Below, in pieces: positions 63,985 through 64,000 of a DNA stretch of 64,000 nucleotides; position 1 is the first letter of the stretch, and every line of letters begins with the position of its first letter. The DNA comes from an uncultured virus (IMG/VR IMGVR_UViG_2061766007_000180) (Duplodnaviria > Heunggongvirae > Uroviricota > Caudoviricetes): the IMG/VR virus record IMGVR_UViG_2061766007_000180; one strand, given 5' to 3'. Below the pieces are notes generated by a model, which did not search any database, was not told the DNA's origin, and was given only the letters and a program-made list of their open reading frames with translations. The translations under genes were made by a program, and so were the position numbers.

Positions 63985-64000
63985 TCCCGTCTCCTAGTCC

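Noticed and set aside
1..64000. Stop-codon reassignment
   Set aside because: Recognisable genes are intact in code 11 and end in TAA, TAG and TGA; no suppressor tRNA was seen.

Overview
This window is a fragment of a large, probably T4-like 'jumbo' dsDNA phage genome from a gapped metagenomic scaffold, using the standard genetic code. It is not a bacterial chromosome: it carries a gp13-like neck gene, homing endonucleases, dense small ORFs, a tRNA/tmRNA operon and no housekeeping operons. A PEP-CTERM protein and a DUF2490 beta-barrel point to a diderm host, and a 'YVQxGLIAxWDGIENAG' LamG-like gene suggests a PVC/Kiritimatiellia-like one. Layout: (i) 1-21 kb, + strand accessory genes (NADAR, Rnl1-type RNA ligase, phosphoesterases, P-loop kinase, PotD, MoxR/VWA pair). 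(ii) 22-38 kb, neck, nucleotidyltransferase and Gp88-like genes, about 22 small paralogues sharing an 'SxEELELxLESxG' motif, and a repeat-rich origin-like gap at 33.2-34.1 kb. (iii) 39.2-45.7 kb, a minus-strand RNA operon. (iv) 47-63 kb, an array of about 24 promoter-RBS-gene cassettes. The most striking observation is in the RNA operon. Three tRNA genes (Gly-TCC, Lys-TTT, Asn-GTT) are each interrupted inside the anticodon loop by a second tRNA-like element that starts at its +1 base, ends exactly in CCA and has a truncated or aberrant anticodon arm. Exact removal of each insert regenerates a 7-nt anticodon loop. The same operon holds a circularly permuted tRNA-Asn-like gene and several other CCA-ended non-canonical RNAs, and the genome encodes an RNA ligase, which suggests an undescribed tRNA-within-tRNA splicing system. 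All calls were made by eye without database searches.
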